DNA of 63,728 bases, counting the filler, from Phoronis australis (taxonomy: Eukaryota > Animalia > Phoronida): NCBI GenBank assembly GCA_002633005.1. It is 9 parts of 9 records of this genome, joined end to end, with 100 filler letters (N's around TTAATTAATTAA, not from the genome) between each part and the next. Parts side by side here need not be neighbours in the genome. Positions count along the whole stretch, not along the records: positions 58,196 to 62,283 come from NMRA01002705.1; positions 62,384 to 63,728 come from NMRA01000477.1; 7 more parts are not named here. One strand, written 5' to 3'. The notes under the pieces were generated by a model. It saw only the letters and a list, made by a program, of their open reading frames with translations, ran no database searches and was not told the origin of the DNA. The position numbers and the translations under genes were made by a program. Positions 62,236 through 63,728 of the stretch are shown here, one piece after another (within the stretch, counting starts at the first letter, position 1; each line of letters starts with the position of its first letter).

Positions 62236-63728
62236 GTTGACACCGGAGAAGACCCCTCACAGAATCGAAATGGAGTGAATACANNNNNNNNNNNNNNNNN
62301 NNNNNNNNNNNNNNNNNNNNNNNNNNNTTAATTAATTAANNNNNNNNNNNNNNNNNNNNNNNNNNNNNNNNNNNNNNNNNNNNAAGTGCTCTCTGCTTCT
62401 CATGATCAAGTAGTCGAGGGATTGATGGTGAAAGCCGCGCCAAATTAGACTTTCGGATTTAGCTCGCGAGCGTCCTTCAAAAACCCGGATGTGCGAAGAC
62501 CGTCTGCCATGACATCACGGAATCACGTCCTTGAATTTGTGATTTTGGCATTCTTTTGTCATTTTTGTCGCCAAATCACCACTCGACGGCAATTTGAAGA
62601 GATCGAATGAAAGAAAGTATTCTAAGAGTTGTCCGATGCTAGTTTCGTGGAGTTCCATGCACATTTGAGTAGAAAATTCTGAGCAAACAGATTTCGAGTG
62701 TCCAACCTTTATGTTTTCTTATATATATTATATATTATTGAATGACGTCATTTGTGATAAACCCAAGCGCCTGTGCAACCAGACTGCTCAAATGGCGTAT
62801 CACAACCTATATGTGTGTACTTGCGCGTTAGGTTGCAAGTTTTCTCTTGTAAAAGAAACAGTTTTAAAAGTAACAATTTATTTATTGAAAAGAGGTAACA
62901 AAGATGGAAACAACGGCAACTGAGCAGTGAAATTGTAACATCTCCTGGTAATAGTTAAAAAACAACATTTGATATTTTAATTTCCTAGGGATCGGCACCT
63001 GAGTTGCGGACGGTATAGTATTCAGCAATTGAAAACTGAGACATAAGTGTCTTATAATTAACAGTTTCGTTCCAGGTTTTACGTTTAGGGCCTGGTTGCA
63101 TGTCGAGTGTTAGTTACACTGCTGGAACTGTTTTACTTTAAACTATATTCTGAAAGTTTGATGATCGAGACGGCTGAAGACGTCGAGTCGACATTGACCT
63201 ACCTTTTGAACTTTCCATGTCAGAGGTCGCTGTTAAATTAGTGCGGGAGTTGAATACGGAAAAATTTATTTCATGGCCGTATTTCCCTCGACAGATTCAA
63301 CGCGCGTCAGGGATAAAGCATTTTTTACATACTAGATGTCAACCAAGCACAGTAATAATTCATTAGCCGATCAGAAGCCAGTAGCAAACAATTATACATG
63401 TTATAAATGTTTAGTAGGCCTACTGTAATTATTCCTGGCTTCTACTTGACTGAGGAATGATTACTGTATAAGATCCTGTAACAGTAATTTCAGACTACTC
63501 CTATACTTGGCCAATGATCAGCGATGATAAGCGAGTCGTGTCTGGAAGTCATCTGCGATGTCACCGGATGTTTATGAGCCGACACCTGTACCACGATGTA
63601 TTTGAAGAACGACAACAGAGCCACAACCTCGTCCCCAAGCCTCAAGATGGCGCTGATTCGTTTAGCCATTTGAGGCTTTGTTATAGACCCTAGGTGGCAC
63701 TGAATAGTTAGGCTGCGGCCGCGGGCAA

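Noticed and set aside
25394-62383. Recurrent TTAATTAATTAA as a CRISPR-like or biological repeat
   Set aside because: Always centred in exactly 88 Ns; an assembly linker.

Overview
This is not prokaryotic DNA. It is AT-rich, intron-containing, repeat-dense animal DNA, most likely a marine invertebrate (inferred from creatine kinase, PLD1/2, an Ig exon, and BEL/Pao, Penelope and Kolobok-type elements). The window joins about nine contigs with an artificial 100-nt spacer (44N-TTAATTAATTAA-44N), so adjacency across spacers is unreliable. Host gene pieces: (i) a + strand phase 1-1 V-type Ig exon lacking the canonical Cys/Trp (7280-7645), followed on the same contig by four tandem 36-nt phase 1-1 micro-exons (22354-24931) that are invisible in the ORF track; (ii) three phospholipase D exons (- strand, 28891-31415); (iii) the first two coding exons of a creatine kinase (- strand, 50087-51486). 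The rest is mobile DNA: a Kolobok-like element with convergent THAP and P2X7-ballast-like ORFs, TA-flanked Tc1/mariner-type MITEs, a satellite > hAT > MITE nest, Helentron-associated (DINE-like) elements, a head-to-head Penelope palindrome, BEL/Pao gag-pol, a decayed RecQ-helicase (Academ-like) region in a ~4.9-kb tandem duplication, a LINE 3' end, and a Penelope RT/GIY-YIG element with an atypical minimal hammerhead motif. The best novelty candidate is the Cys-less IgV plus expanding micro-exon stalk array. All family assignments come from motif recognition by eye; no searches were run.
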